Part shown: positions 1 through 8,758 of the stretch, in pieces
How the letters are laid out: each line of letters starts with the position of its first letter
Numbering within the stretch: the stretch's first letter is position 1
Source of the DNA: an uncultured Eubacteriales bacterium
GTDB taxonomy: Bacteria; Bacillota; Clostridia; Christensenellales; CAG-917
Assembly (NCBI GenBank): GCA_900322215.1
Contig: ONYW01000001.1
Location: forward strand, 30 to 64,029
Direction of reading: 5' to 3'
DNA length: 64,000 nucleotides
Program-made: the position numbers and the translations under genes
The notes under the pieces: model-generated
Database searches by the model: none
Told to the model about the DNA's origin: nothing
Seen by the model: only the letters and a program-made list of their open reading frames with translations

Positions 1-82
1 ACCTCGGGTGACCAACCCAGTGTACTAAAGCGTACACGGTTGGGCAAACGGGGTGCGATAACACAGCAGGTCGCTAAATCAC
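1..82 (+). ncRNA. Structured intergenic element, copy A (subtype 2; 5' part lost at window edge)
   Basis: Nearly identical to 48188-48268. Hairpin CCAACC-CA-GUGUAC / GUACAC-GGUUGG at 12-43, core GCGAUAACACAGCAGGUCGC at 55-74. The closing-stem half UAAAUCAC (75-82) overlaps the mnmM stop codon (79-81). A U5 tract follows at 86-90. Strand is tentative. Confidence 0.5.
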
Positions 83-630
83 GCGTTTTTGAGAATAAAT
101 ATCGGTATCGGCGGATCCTTCTTCCAGTTGTGGAACGTGGTGACAAGCACTTGATATTTTGCGTCGTCGAGAGTTTTCAACCACGGCAGGAGCGCGTCCT
201 TCTCTTCATACCCGCTATCACCGCCGTAGTAGACGGAAACGCACATCAAGCCACCGCTTTTAAGCAGTCTGAGTCCTTTTTCTATCGCTTCGCGAGTCGA
301 GTCGAAATGCGTAAAAATCGAGTGATTTCCGCGCGGAAGATAACCCAAATTGAAGACGATACAGTCCACGGTATTCTCGTCTGCATACTTGTCCATATTA
401 GCATGTGAGTCCAAAACGACGTCGGCTTCGAGCCCTTTTTCTTCAAGCAACTTCTTCGTGCTGTCCACAGCCTCTTGCTGAATATCGAACGCTATGACTT
501 TGCCGGACTTCCCGACGAGTTCCGCAAGAAAAGCCGTGTCATATCCGCGCCCTGCCGTTGCGTCGATGCAAAGCGAGCCTTCTTTTACGTATTGCTTTAT
601 TGTGCCGTGTACGATTGATAGTGCGTTCAT
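79..630 (-). CDS. mnmM: MnmM/YtqB-family class I SAM methyltransferase (tRNA mnm5s2U34 methyltransferase)
   Basis: 183 aa. IDATAGRGYDTAFLAELVG SAM-binding motif, VFNLGYLP motif, C-terminal KKDPPIPIFILK. Collinear with B. subtilis YtqB as I recall it. Confidence 0.8.
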   Translation of the reverse strand: MNALSIVHGTIKQYVKEGSLCIDATAGRGYDTAFLAELVGKSGKVIAFDIQQEAVDSTKKLLEEKGLEADVVLDSHANMDKYADENTVDCIVFNLGYLPRGNHSIFTHFDSTREAIEKGLRLLKSGGLMCVSVYYGGDSGYEEKDALLPWLKTLDDAKYQVLVTTFHNWKKDPPIPIFILKNA

Positions 631-714
631 AATTTCCGCCTCAAAAAGGATACAAAGAGTATATTATTTTTCTTCCCTTTCGTCAACATAAATCGCCTCG
701 AACCTCTCGTATAG

Positions 715-746
715 CAAAAAATAGCGAGAGCCGTAGCCCTCGCTAT
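715..746 (-). terminator. Rho-independent terminator closing the phage-derived cassette
   Basis: Minus strand reads AUAGCGAGGG-CUACGG-CUCUCGCUAU followed by U6. The stem is 10-11 bp with a C(UACG)G-type loop. Confidence 0.8.
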
Positions 747-767
747 CACTGCGTAAATCTTGATTTT

Positions 768-1805
768 TCACCAATACGTTCTTCTCGTGCCGTTTATGGT
801 AGTCACTCTCGATTTTAGTTCTGTGAGCAGCTTGTCATAGTAGTTGCCGAGGTAGTATTTCATGCTGTTCGCGGTCTTGAGCGCGTTCACTGCGATGTCC
901 GGCGACAAGGACATATAAAAGTCGTAGGCAAGGTTGTAGCGGTTTTCGTATTCCGCGAGTTTTTCACCCGTATAGCCGTGTTCCTTTTCATACGCCTCCT
1001 GCGTTTTTTCCGCGACTTTTTCTTCCGCCGCCTTATCGCTCAAATACTTCTCGATATTCTTCTGCCTTTGAGTCTCGTATTTGGTTTGCTGTTCCCTTAT
1101 TTGGTTGTTATACTTTTCATACTGCAAGGCTGTCTCGTCTCGCTCGGCTTTCAAATCCGCAATACGATTTGCGAGTTCGGACGCATATTTGAGATCGAGT
1201 TCGGAGAGAGCGTTTTCCCTTTCCTGTTCGAGCGAATTTATCTTTGTGTTTATATCGCCGATCGTAGAGCGGTATGCGCTCTCTATCTCTCCCGCGGACA
1301 GCATTTTCGCCTCGTCGAGGTTGCCGAGTTGCGACATTATGATACTGCTTCTTGCAACGCCTCTCTTTATCGCGTCGTTTTCCGCCTTTTGCCTAAGTTC
1401 GTTATAGACCTTTTCAAGGTCGGCAAAACTCTCTTTCAGCGACTTGTCCGCCTGCGATTTGCTCTTATCAAGCGCGGAGAGAGAGGATTCGAAACCGCTC
1501 TCCACCTTATTCTTTTCCTTCGCCTTTTGATATTCGTTCTCCTTTGTCGCGGAATTAAGAATATCTTCGTCCGAGCGCGGAGTATATTCCACCTCTTTCA
1601 GCCCGGAGTCGCGAGGGAAAATGCTGTCGACGTCATACGTCTTCGCAGGCTTTGACTCTTTGTACTTTTTGTCGAGTTCCGCAAGTTGCTTTTCGAGTTC
1701 TTGCTCCCCCTCTTTCGCCTCGGCAAGTCTGCGCTTTTGCTCTTCGTCCTTTTGGTCGTCAGTTTTGAAAAGGTCTTTCAGGTCGTCCCAAAATGACATA
1801 TACAC
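768..1805 (-). CDS. Cassette coiled-coil protein (function unknown; possible tail needle/plug or internal protein)
   Basis: 345 aa with a long K/E/Q/A-rich heptad-like region. Strong RBS (uuAGGAGGuguauAUG). It is the last gene before the terminator. Confidence 0.5.
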   Translation of the reverse strand: MYMSFWDDLKDLFKTDDQKDEEQKRRLAEAKEGEQELEKQLAELDKKYKESKPAKTYDVDSIFPRDSGLKEVEYTPRSDEDILNSATKENEYQKAKEKNKVESGFESSLSALDKSKSQADKSLKESFADLEKVYNELRQKAENDAIKRGVARSSIIMSQLGNLDEAKMLSAGEIESAYRSTIGDINTKINSLEQERENALSELDLKYASELANRIADLKAERDETALQYEKYNNQIREQQTKYETQRQKNIEKYLSDKAAEEKVAEKTQEAYEKEHGYTGEKLAEYENRYNLAYDFYMSLSPDIAVNALKTANSMKYYLGNYYDKLLTELKSRVTTINGTRRTYW

Positions 1806-1808
1806 CTC

Positions 1809-1904
1809 CTAATTCCTGTTTTCGAGTGCTTTGACTCTCGCTTCCAAAAGTTGCACACGAGCAAGAAGTCCTTCAATTTGTTCTTGTAGTTCTTTGCTGT
1901 TCAT
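1809..1904 (-). CDS. 31-aa micro-ORF, leucine-zipper-like
   Basis: Translated by hand as MNSKELQEQIEGLLARVQLLEARVKALENRN. GAGGUG lies just upstream of the AUG. It fills the gap between the 479-aa and 345-aa genes exactly. It is below the length cut-off of the supplied ORF track. Confidence 0.45.
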   Translation of the reverse strand: MNSKELQEQIEGLLARVQLLEARVKALENRN

Positions 1905-1911
1905 ATTCACC

Positions 1912-3351
1912 TCATTCATTCATGAAGTCGACGACCGCAACGACGGGAGCGATCTCGAGTTTTTGTTCTTCCGAACATAGTTCTATACCTATCCGCACCC
2001 CGCTTTTTTCGACGATAATCCTCTTCGTGTTGTCCGAGCCGACGACGTCGAAAGTATAGGAGTTTTCGTCCGTTTTCACTGTCACCGTAACGTCGTGCTT
2101 AGATCTCACTTGCAGTTCGCGTATCGTCTTGCAGGCGGCGGTGCCGAGGTCGGAGAAAGGACTTGCATAGGTCTTTTTAAGATTGCTTCCAAACACCTGT
2201 CCCGAATCCGAAATCATTCCCAAGCGGTTTTTGTAGGTCTTGTCAAAGGCGCAAACGAGCATAGAACCGCTGTGCGTCTTGACTTCCCTTATCGCTCTCA
2301 CGTCAACGCCTACGAGTTCTGAGAGGCTCTTGTCAAACATATCGAAGACGACGACGGCGTTGTTTCTGAACCCCGTCGCATACTCCTCTCCCGCGTCGAT
2401 TTTGCAGGCGAGATAGAAGCGTTTGTCAAGGTATGCACCCACCGCTTCGTCGGCATCGTACACGCGCGGAAACTCCTTTGCGATTCGCACCACGTCATAA
2501 CCGTCAAAGGCAAAAAGTCCTTCGTCGGCGAGGAAGATAATTTTGTCGCCTGCAAGCACAATCGAGTTTTTATATATGCGTCCCGTATCGGTAAACACCT
2601 TTTTCAGCACAAAACTCTCTTGATCGCCGTACGCGGTGAGTCGGAATATGCCATAGTCTCTGAACACGTACAAATAGCCGAGAAAAGATATGACTTTGAC
2701 GATGTTTCCGCACTCGTCGGCAAACTCCACAAAGCCTGCGCCCGCAAGGTCGATGGTCCAATTCGCGGGGTTAAAGTCGTCGCTGAACCAAAGTCTCGTC
2801 TTTGCCCCGTTGACTGCGCCGAACACTCGCTCGCTGTGAATAGTGATTGACGCAAAATGCGGCGCTTCGTTGCAGGCGTACGCCACGTTCCCTTTGATAT
2901 AATAGAGTTGGTCGTCCTTGCTTGCGAGGAGCAAAATGTCCTCTCCGTTATAGCGGTAATTGACTGCCTCGACGTCCCCCGTGATAGTGAGATCCGAGAT
3001 TTGCGCCCACCCGCTCTCCGTCATGATTTTCGTAAACCAAAACGTACCGTCCGCAAGTTGTACGACGATACGGTAGTCGGGTGTGCCCGCCGCGTTGTAG
3101 TTGTAGGTGAAGACGTTCTTTATGGATTTTGACGAGGCGAATTTTGCAAACGTGTGGCGCGACTTGTTCGGGTATTCAAAAAACCCCGCCGCCGCATCCA
3201 TACCTATTGCCGCGCTCAATATTCCTCTTTCAAAGGTTACGTTGTGCGCGCGGTTGGAAAAGGCATAACCTAGTTCCTTCTCGTCGACCGTGTTCGCTAT
3301 GCCTTTGAAGCCGATTTTCAGCCTTCGCCTGTTTGTGGAAATAGCGCGCAT
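1912..3351 (-). CDS. Cassette 479-aa beta-rich protein (possible podovirus-type tail hub/nozzle; assignment by size and position only)
   Basis: Intact ORF whose start abuts the stop of the upstream gene (3353). It has repeated beta-strand-like segments and I recognise no motif in it. Confidence 0.45.
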   Translation of the reverse strand: MRAISTNRRRLKIGFKGIANTVDEKELGYAFSNRAHNVTFERGILSAAIGMDAAAGFFEYPNKSRHTFAKFASSKSIKNVFTYNYNAAGTPDYRIVVQLADGTFWFTKIMTESGWAQISDLTITGDVEAVNYRYNGEDILLLASKDDQLYYIKGNVAYACNEAPHFASITIHSERVFGAVNGAKTRLWFSDDFNPANWTIDLAGAGFVEFADECGNIVKVISFLGYLYVFRDYGIFRLTAYGDQESFVLKKVFTDTGRIYKNSIVLAGDKIIFLADEGLFAFDGYDVVRIAKEFPRVYDADEAVGAYLDKRFYLACKIDAGEEYATGFRNNAVVVFDMFDKSLSELVGVDVRAIREVKTHSGSMLVCAFDKTYKNRLGMISDSGQVFGSNLKKTYASPFSDLGTAACKTIRELQVRSKHDVTVTVKTDENSYTFDVVGSDNTKRIIVEKSGVRIGIELCSEEQKLEIAPVVAVVDFMNE

Positions 3352-3352
3352 A

Positions 3353-3898
3353 TCACCACCTCCTTTCTTTCAAAAACATCGTTCTTCCCTGGTATTTGAG
3401 TCTCGCCATGCCGTCTCTGAAATCGCTGTCGAAACTCTTGGCAAGGTCAAAGACTTTGTTTTGAAAATAGTACTCGGCAAGCACACCGCTGACGATAACG
3501 CCCGCCGTCACTCTTGCGTCGTCTATATCGTCCAAAAGGACAAAATCGGCGCTCGGAAGGTATGCGTACGTGAGTTTTGCCCTGCCCTTGTAGTCACAAA
3601 CGATTTTTGTCGGATAGGATTTGAACTTGATTTGCATATCTCCGCTCTCGAGCCGAATCGGATAGAGGATTTTGACGTCGTCAAGGTTTTCAAAAGCGAA
3701 TTCTCCGTTTTCGACGTTTATCTCTCTTGCGTCCACGAGCGGAAGATATGCGGACACTATCTCGCGGTATACGACGTTCACGTTGAACAGCAACCTGTCA
3801 ATAATTCTTTGTTCGTCGACGGTCAACTGTTCGTTGTCGACAAAATTGTCGAGCCCCATTTTGACGAGGCACTCGCCGATTATATTTTTTACTTTCAT
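3353..3898 (-). CDS. Cassette 181-aa protein (possible head-to-tail adaptor; assignment by size and position only)
   Basis: The ORF track gives 3353..3913. The internal AUG at 3898 (MKVKNIIGECL) starts 2 nt after the upstream stop at 3900. Confidence 0.45.
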   Translation of the reverse strand: MKVKNIIGECLVKMGLDNFVDNEQLTVDEQRIIDRLLFNVNVVYREIVSAYLPLVDAREINVENGEFAFENLDDVKILYPIRLESGDMQIKFKSYPTKIVCDYKGRAKLTYAYLPSADFVLLDDIDDARVTAGVIVSGVLAEYYFQNKVFDLAKSFDSDFRDGMARLKYQGRTMFLKERRW

Positions 3899-3899
3899 A

Positions 3900-4202
3900 T
3901 TACACCTCCGCACTCAGACACTTCTCAATCATATCCCTGCGTTTTCTATCGTCCAAGACGGCGTTTTGCCTGTCTATACGGGATATGAGCGCACGCATAT
4001 TTTCGAGTCGCGTCTCTCTTGCAAGCCTTATCGTCCGCGCGTCGAGACGCTCATAGGGTACTGCGATTTGCAGTACCCCGTTTGCGTGGATTTCAAATCT
4101 ATGCAGTTTTCTGTTTCTGAAAACCTCATATCTTTCGTCGATTTCTTTGAGTCGTGTCGTGATATCGAAAAGGTCGCCGTCTATCCTTTCAAGATGTGTC
4201 AT
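3900..4202 (-). CDS. Cassette 100-aa hypothetical protein
   Basis: Intact ORF starting 2 nt after the MCP stop. Basic and helical, with no recognised motif. Confidence 0.5.
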   Translation of the reverse strand: MTHLERIDGDLFDITTRLKEIDERYEVFRNRKLHRFEIHANGVLQIAVPYERLDARTIRLARETRLENMRALISRIDRQNAVLDDRKRRDMIEKCLSAEV

Positions 4203-4203
4203 C

Positions 4204-5583
4204 TTATTCCCAGGATGCGACGAGAGTCATATCGGCGTTGACTGTGTTTGCAAAGTTGAACTTCACGCCGTTTGAATACCAACCGTCAAAGGCAAAGCCG
4301 GACTTTGACGGATTGGCAGGTTGAGTGAGAAGTCCGCCCGGCAAAACGATTTGTGAACGAACGGCGCTACCGCCTTGAGAGTCAAAGTTGACCGTGTAGT
4401 ATTTTGCGTCGGAGTTGCCTGTGAACGTGAGTTTCGCTTGTCCCATCGGGCGTTCGCAAAGGAGGTCGGCGTATTTTACGAGAGTCGCGCTGTAGCATGC
4501 TTTGCCTGCGATTTGATGGAGCACCGTACCGCCCTCGCCCTCGAGCCATCTCCAGTCGCAAAGTTCGTGAAGTTTGAAGTCTTGGCTGTTCAAAAGGTAC
4601 ATATCGCCGTCTTTGACAAATCTGTCCGCGACGAACGGAATGCCCGAATAGGAGAGCGCCTTGTAGCCGCCGTCGAGTTCCAAATAGTCGATGTTGGTTC
4701 TGTTGCCGGCAAGGAAGTCTACGTATTGCTTTCTCACGTCGTAGGACGTGACGATAAAGTCGATTTTGCTGCCCGCGTTCTCTTCGACGTAGTCGATAGC
4801 GTCCTGAATTGCGGAGACCGTGACCGTGCCGTCAACCGTCTTTTTGTACGGTGTGAGGAAGGAGTAGTCCGCGCGGTTCAAACCGTAGATCTGCGCGCTG
4901 TCGCCAAAGATAGCCTCGAGGCCCGTGATTTCGTTGTTCTTTGAGCCTTGCACGTAGATTTTGTAGCCTGCGCCGTACTTTGAAGCAGCCGTAACGGAGA
5001 GTGTGACGACCTTTGTCGCTCTGTCGATTGCAACGATTCTCGCGCCGGAGAAAGTGGTGTCCTTGACGTCACCCGCCGAGTACATGTCGATGACCATACC
5101 CTCGATGAGACCTTTTATCGAGTCAACCGTGATTTGATTGTTCGTTGCGCCGACGTTTGTGACGGTCGTAGCGATAAGTCCCGTGCCGTCGCCGTAGAGC
5201 ATACGACCAAAGTTGAATTTGCTGGCTTTGAGAAGTCCGTCCATCTCCGCGTTCAAGAGGTTGACAAACGCGCCCGCGCTGTTTTGTGACGCACGGATAG
5301 CCTTGTCGGAGAGTTCGATCTTGCCGAACAAGTTTTTGAGAGTCAAAGTAAACTGTGCATAGTTGTTTCCGCCGCTCGCAGGCAAGTTGTCGTTTTCCGC
5401 GCCCGAACCGATACCGCCGTTGATGCCGTACGGAGCGAGTTTTTTGACCTCTTTGCCCCAAACGTCCGCCGTAGTGTGTTCAATCTTTGCAAGGAGCGGA
5501 TTCACGCCGACGTTGAGTTGGTCGGCAAGCACGCCGAGGTAAAAGGTTTTTAATGCCTTATCTGCACTTGATAATGTGACCAT
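4204..5583 (-). CDS. Phage major capsid protein (HK97-fold type) with C-terminal Listeria-Bacteroides repeat (Flg_new) domain
   Basis: 459 aa, positioned directly after the scaffold gene, with capsid-like composition (GRMLYGDGTG...). The last ~65 aa, YYTVNFDSQGGSAVRSQ...GFAFDGWYSNG...TLVASWE, match the Flg_new repeat pattern. Confidence 0.75.
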   Translation of the reverse strand: MVTLSSADKALKTFYLGVLADQLNVGVNPLLAKIEHTTADVWGKEVKKLAPYGINGGIGSGAENDNLPASGGNNYAQFTLTLKNLFGKIELSDKAIRASQNSAGAFVNLLNAEMDGLLKASKFNFGRMLYGDGTGLIATTVTNVGATNNQITVDSIKGLIEGMVIDMYSAGDVKDTTFSGARIVAIDRATKVVTLSVTAASKYGAGYKIYVQGSKNNEITGLEAIFGDSAQIYGLNRADYSFLTPYKKTVDGTVTVSAIQDAIDYVEENAGSKIDFIVTSYDVRKQYVDFLAGNRTNIDYLELDGGYKALSYSGIPFVADRFVKDGDMYLLNSQDFKLHELCDWRWLEGEGGTVLHQIAGKACYSATLVKYADLLCERPMGQAKLTFTGNSDAKYYTVNFDSQGGSAVRSQIVLPGGLLTQPANPSKSGFAFDGWYSNGVKFNFANTVNADMTLVASWE

Positions 5584-5598
5584 AATTTGTTGTCTCCT

Positions 5599-6531
5599 TT
5601 ATTTGTTTTCTTTGAGGAACATAAATCCCGCTTCTTCTATCGTCTTGGGAGACTTTGCAGAGGTCGCGAATTGCTTTCCGCCTCCGCCGAGCACGAGAGG
5701 CGGTTCGCCCTCGCGCACGCCCCTAAGGTATTCGGCGACGACCGCGTCCTTTACTGCCTGAGACTTCAAGACGTATTCGTTCAAAAATTGTCCGTCAGAG
5801 AGAAGTTGCTCGGGGGTACGGAACTTTGAAACAAGCGTTCTCGTCAGCGCGACGGAGAGGCAATTTTTGTCCTTTTTTAGTTCGGGGTGAGCGATGATCT
5901 CGTTTGCGATATCCTTTGAGAAGGCTTTTGCCGATGGGGTCTCTTCAAAAAACTTGTCCACAGCCGCCCTCCAGTCCTCCTCGCTCTTGAACGCCTCTTC
6001 GCGCGCGCTCTCCAACTCTTTGAGTTTTTGAGAACGCCTCGTAAATTCTTTTTCAAGTTCGCCGTATGCTTTGAGCAATTCTTCCGGGTTTTTGAATTTG
6101 CCGTATTTATGTTCTTCTTGTTGTTCTTCTTTTGGTTGTTCTTGTTTTTGTTGTTCGATGTTTTGTTGTTCTAAATCTTGTTGTTCCGCGCTCCGAGCCT
6201 CTTCGAGAGAGTCATTTTGCTCCGCTTGCTTTTGTTCGGCAGCCTCATCTCCAGTTTGAAAATCAGGCCTGATTATGCCTAGTTGTTCCTGCTCGTCTTT
6301 TTCATCGACGTCTTCGACATGCGCGTCAAGTTCTTCGCCGTCAGCGACTGCACTTGGCACTTCGATTTGTTCGATAATTTGCATAATCGCCTGTTTATCG
6401 TTGTCGTTTTGACGTGTAAACACGTTGTTTTGAGATTTTTCGCCGTCAAAGATGTTTTCTTCAAGAATCAAATCCGCGTCCTCGAAGATATTTTCTTTGC
6501 CAAAGACGTTCTCGATTTCCTGCTCCGACAT
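5599..6531 (-). CDS. Phage scaffolding protein
   Basis: About 310 aa from the AUG at 6531, which starts 4 nt after the portal stop. Extremely acidic, Q/E-rich and helical, and located between portal and MCP. Confidence 0.6.
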   Translation of the reverse strand: MSEQEIENVFGKENIFEDADLILEENIFDGEKSQNNVFTRQNDNDKQAIMQIIEQIEVPSAVADGEELDAHVEDVDEKDEQEQLGIIRPDFQTGDEAAEQKQAEQNDSLEEARSAEQQDLEQQNIEQQKQEQPKEEQQEEHKYGKFKNPEELLKAYGELEKEFTRRSQKLKELESAREEAFKSEEDWRAAVDKFFEETPSAKAFSKDIANEIIAHPELKKDKNCLSVALTRTLVSKFRTPEQLLSDGQFLNEYVLKSQAVKDAVVAEYLRGVREGEPPLVLGGGGKQFATSAKSPKTIEEAGFMFLKENK

Positions 6532-6535
6532 ATCC

Positions 6536-8422
6536 TTAAATTTCTTCGCTTTCAACTTTGTCTTCCCCCTCGAATTTTCTCGTGAGTTCTTGCACGCCTG
6601 CGTCAAGGCTTGCCAATTCTTTGTGCTTTGCGATATGCTCGGACACTCGCTCTTTCAGGTTCTTGTTCTTGTCGCATTTGGATGAGACGAACAACTTGAC
6701 GTGTTCCGCAATGTGAATGTCGTGGTCGTCGTACACGTCGGGAGTGACGCTCTTCTTTTCCAGGTCAAGGTTCTCTCTTCTTGCCTTTTTCACGTGGTTT
6801 TCTTGATAGTCGTTTCCGCTCTCCCAGTTGCCGAAACCGAGGATCTCGAAGAGTTTTGCTTTGGTTGAGGCAGGAAGTCTGCCGTTTTCGTCCGCAAAAA
6901 GTCCGAGACGGAGCAGGTCGTACACCATAGCGCGACGAGCGGACAGCGTGTCCTCTATCTCGTTGACCGTATCGAACACTATGTCTTCGCTCTCTATGTT
7001 TCCGCATGAGAAAGAGGCTGTCTCGACCTCGCCGTTTTCGCCGACTATACGCTTCACCCTCGGCACTTTTGCAAACTGGCGGTAAAGCCTGAGAATATGT
7101 TGTCCTATGCGCTTTACGCAGTCGCGCAGGCTGTCCGCAGTGAGTGAAATTCTCGTATCGTCCTGTTCGAGGAGCAGGGAGATTGCGGAGCCGGACGCAA
7201 CGTTTGTCGGAACTTGCGAATACGTCGTCACCTCGCTGACTCCGCTTATCATCGTGAACTCGTTGAGAAGTTTTTCTTCCTCTCGCGAAAACTCGGTCGG
7301 AATTTGCTGAGGAGAAAGCATGATAGGCGGTGTGCTACCCTGCCTGTACACAAGGATTTTTCCGGGCGGCAAGCCCTCTTCTTCGAGATTGTCCGTATCG
7401 CAAGAGCCGTCCTCCACCGCGAGTACGCCGAGCGCAATGCGGTTCATAAACTCGTGTTTTCTGTTCTTGACCGAGTTGTACGCGCGCTGAACGGGGATTA
7501 TCCTTTCCACCACGCTCGTGCCGAAGAAACTCGTGAGGTTTTCAAGGCACAGTTGGCGCGCGAACGGGTATGTTCTCTCTCCGTTCTCACCGTTCGTATA
7601 CGGAAGGTCGCCCATATAGACGAGTTTGTCTCCGGCGACGATTATGAGCCTGCCGTTTGGATATTCCTTCGTCGGTTTTTCATACTTTTCGATGACGGCG
7701 ACGGAGTCCTCCCTCTTTTCGCTGACGATAGACGGGAGAGTCGCGGAATATCCGAGTCCGCCCGCTACCTGCGTCCTGTCAAATGTGAACACGTTGACTT
7801 CTCCGCCCTTGACCTCCTTGTTCCAAATCTTCTTGACTTCGGCGGTCGTAAGCACCTTGACGTGCATAATCGAGGTTTGTTTGTCGATATCGGCGACGGA
7901 AATATCTTCTGGAAAGAGTTCAAAAGGCGGGCAAAGAGAGATTTCTACGTCGCCCTCTCGCATACCGTTTGAGTCAATTCTTTCTCCGTGGCTATTGTTC
8001 CAGGCGACTTTGAAAAACGCCGAGCCCGTGATCTCGCTCCACATATTTGCCTGCGCGAGTTGCGGTGCGAAGTCGTTCTCTTTGCACACCGCCTCGATAA
8101 GTTTTGTCGAGAGAGATGCGGAGGCGACGTCCATATCGTCGTTTGTCGCAGGACGGACTATCGGGTGCGCTTTGACTCTTGCGAGTTTTGCAAGTCTCGT
8201 CTCCAAAATCGGTGCGATATGGTTGTAGACTTCCCTTTGCTGCCAAAAGTAGTCTCTGTCCACGTTTGTGATGTCACCCTTTGGCGAGATCTCCGCAAAC
8301 TGGTTGCCCACGACAAAATTCATATTGAGTCGCCAGTTGAGTTCTACCGGGCGTCTTTGTTCCTGTCTTTTTTTGAAATCCGCAAGGATGTTTGCGACGA
8401 TTTCTTCTTCAAATTTTGACAT
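6536..8422 (-). CDS. Phage portal protein
   Basis: 628 aa between the terminase and scaffold genes. N-terminal NWRLNMNFVVGNQF-type portal motif and a long helical C-terminus. Confidence 0.75.
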   Translation of the reverse strand: MSKFEEEIVANILADFKKRQEQRRPVELNWRLNMNFVVGNQFAEISPKGDITNVDRDYFWQQREVYNHIAPILETRLAKLARVKAHPIVRPATNDDMDVASASLSTKLIEAVCKENDFAPQLAQANMWSEITGSAFFKVAWNNSHGERIDSNGMREGDVEISLCPPFELFPEDISVADIDKQTSIMHVKVLTTAEVKKIWNKEVKGGEVNVFTFDRTQVAGGLGYSATLPSIVSEKREDSVAVIEKYEKPTKEYPNGRLIIVAGDKLVYMGDLPYTNGENGERTYPFARQLCLENLTSFFGTSVVERIIPVQRAYNSVKNRKHEFMNRIALGVLAVEDGSCDTDNLEEEGLPPGKILVYRQGSTPPIMLSPQQIPTEFSREEEKLLNEFTMISGVSEVTTYSQVPTNVASGSAISLLLEQDDTRISLTADSLRDCVKRIGQHILRLYRQFAKVPRVKRIVGENGEVETASFSCGNIESEDIVFDTVNEIEDTLSARRAMVYDLLRLGLFADENGRLPASTKAKLFEILGFGNWESGNDYQENHVKKARRENLDLEKKSVTPDVYDDHDIHIAEHVKLFVSSKCDKNKNLKERVSEHIAKHKELASLDAGVQELTRKFEGEDKVESEEI

Positions 8423-8437
8423 GTTTTTCTCCTATAA

Positions 8438-8758
8438 TTAAAGACGGCTCTCACCGTCTTTTGATTTTTGTTTTTTGGTTGTTGCTTTCTTTTTGTCGTC
8501 CTGCTTTTTAAGCTCGTCGAGCAGGCGGATTTTTTCTTGTTCGAGTTCTTCGTCGGACATATCCGTATACGATTTTTCCGGCGATAGTTCAAGATAGGTT
8601 TTGAGTGCCGCGCTGTCGGGAGGACAATACTTTTTGACGATCTTCTTCTTTGTCAAAATGCTGTCTCCGTTCTCGGTCACCGTATACTCTTCCTGCACCT
8701 CGTCATAGGTGTAGCCAATAGCCTTTTTGAGCAAGGCTTTTACAATTTGCTCGTCCAT
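8438..8758 (-). CDS. Short terminase small-subunit-like protein (C-terminal core only, no N-terminal HTH)
   Basis: 106 aa. KKAIGYTYDEVQEEY...KKKIVKKYCPPDSAALKTYL resembles the A-GY-Y-E...KK...PPD..A...L block I recall from phage TerS proteins. It overlaps the TerL stop by 19 nt. Confidence 0.45.
   Translation of the reverse strand: MDEQIVKALLKKAIGYTYDEVQEEYTVTENGDSILTKKKIVKKYCPPDSAALKTYLELSPEKSYTDMSDEELEQEKIRLLDELKKQDDKKKATTKKQKSKDGESRL

Noticed and set aside
978-1655. Long antisense ORFs opposite recognised genes: 978..1655, 15770..16717, 26028..26936, 34157..35437, 40113..41255, 46450..47739 and 60427..61848, all on the + strand.
   Set aside because: Each lies entirely inside a minus-strand gene with strong family motifs. 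Their translations are low-complexity (R/H/L/F-rich) with no motifs or RBS. They are typical shadow ORFs.
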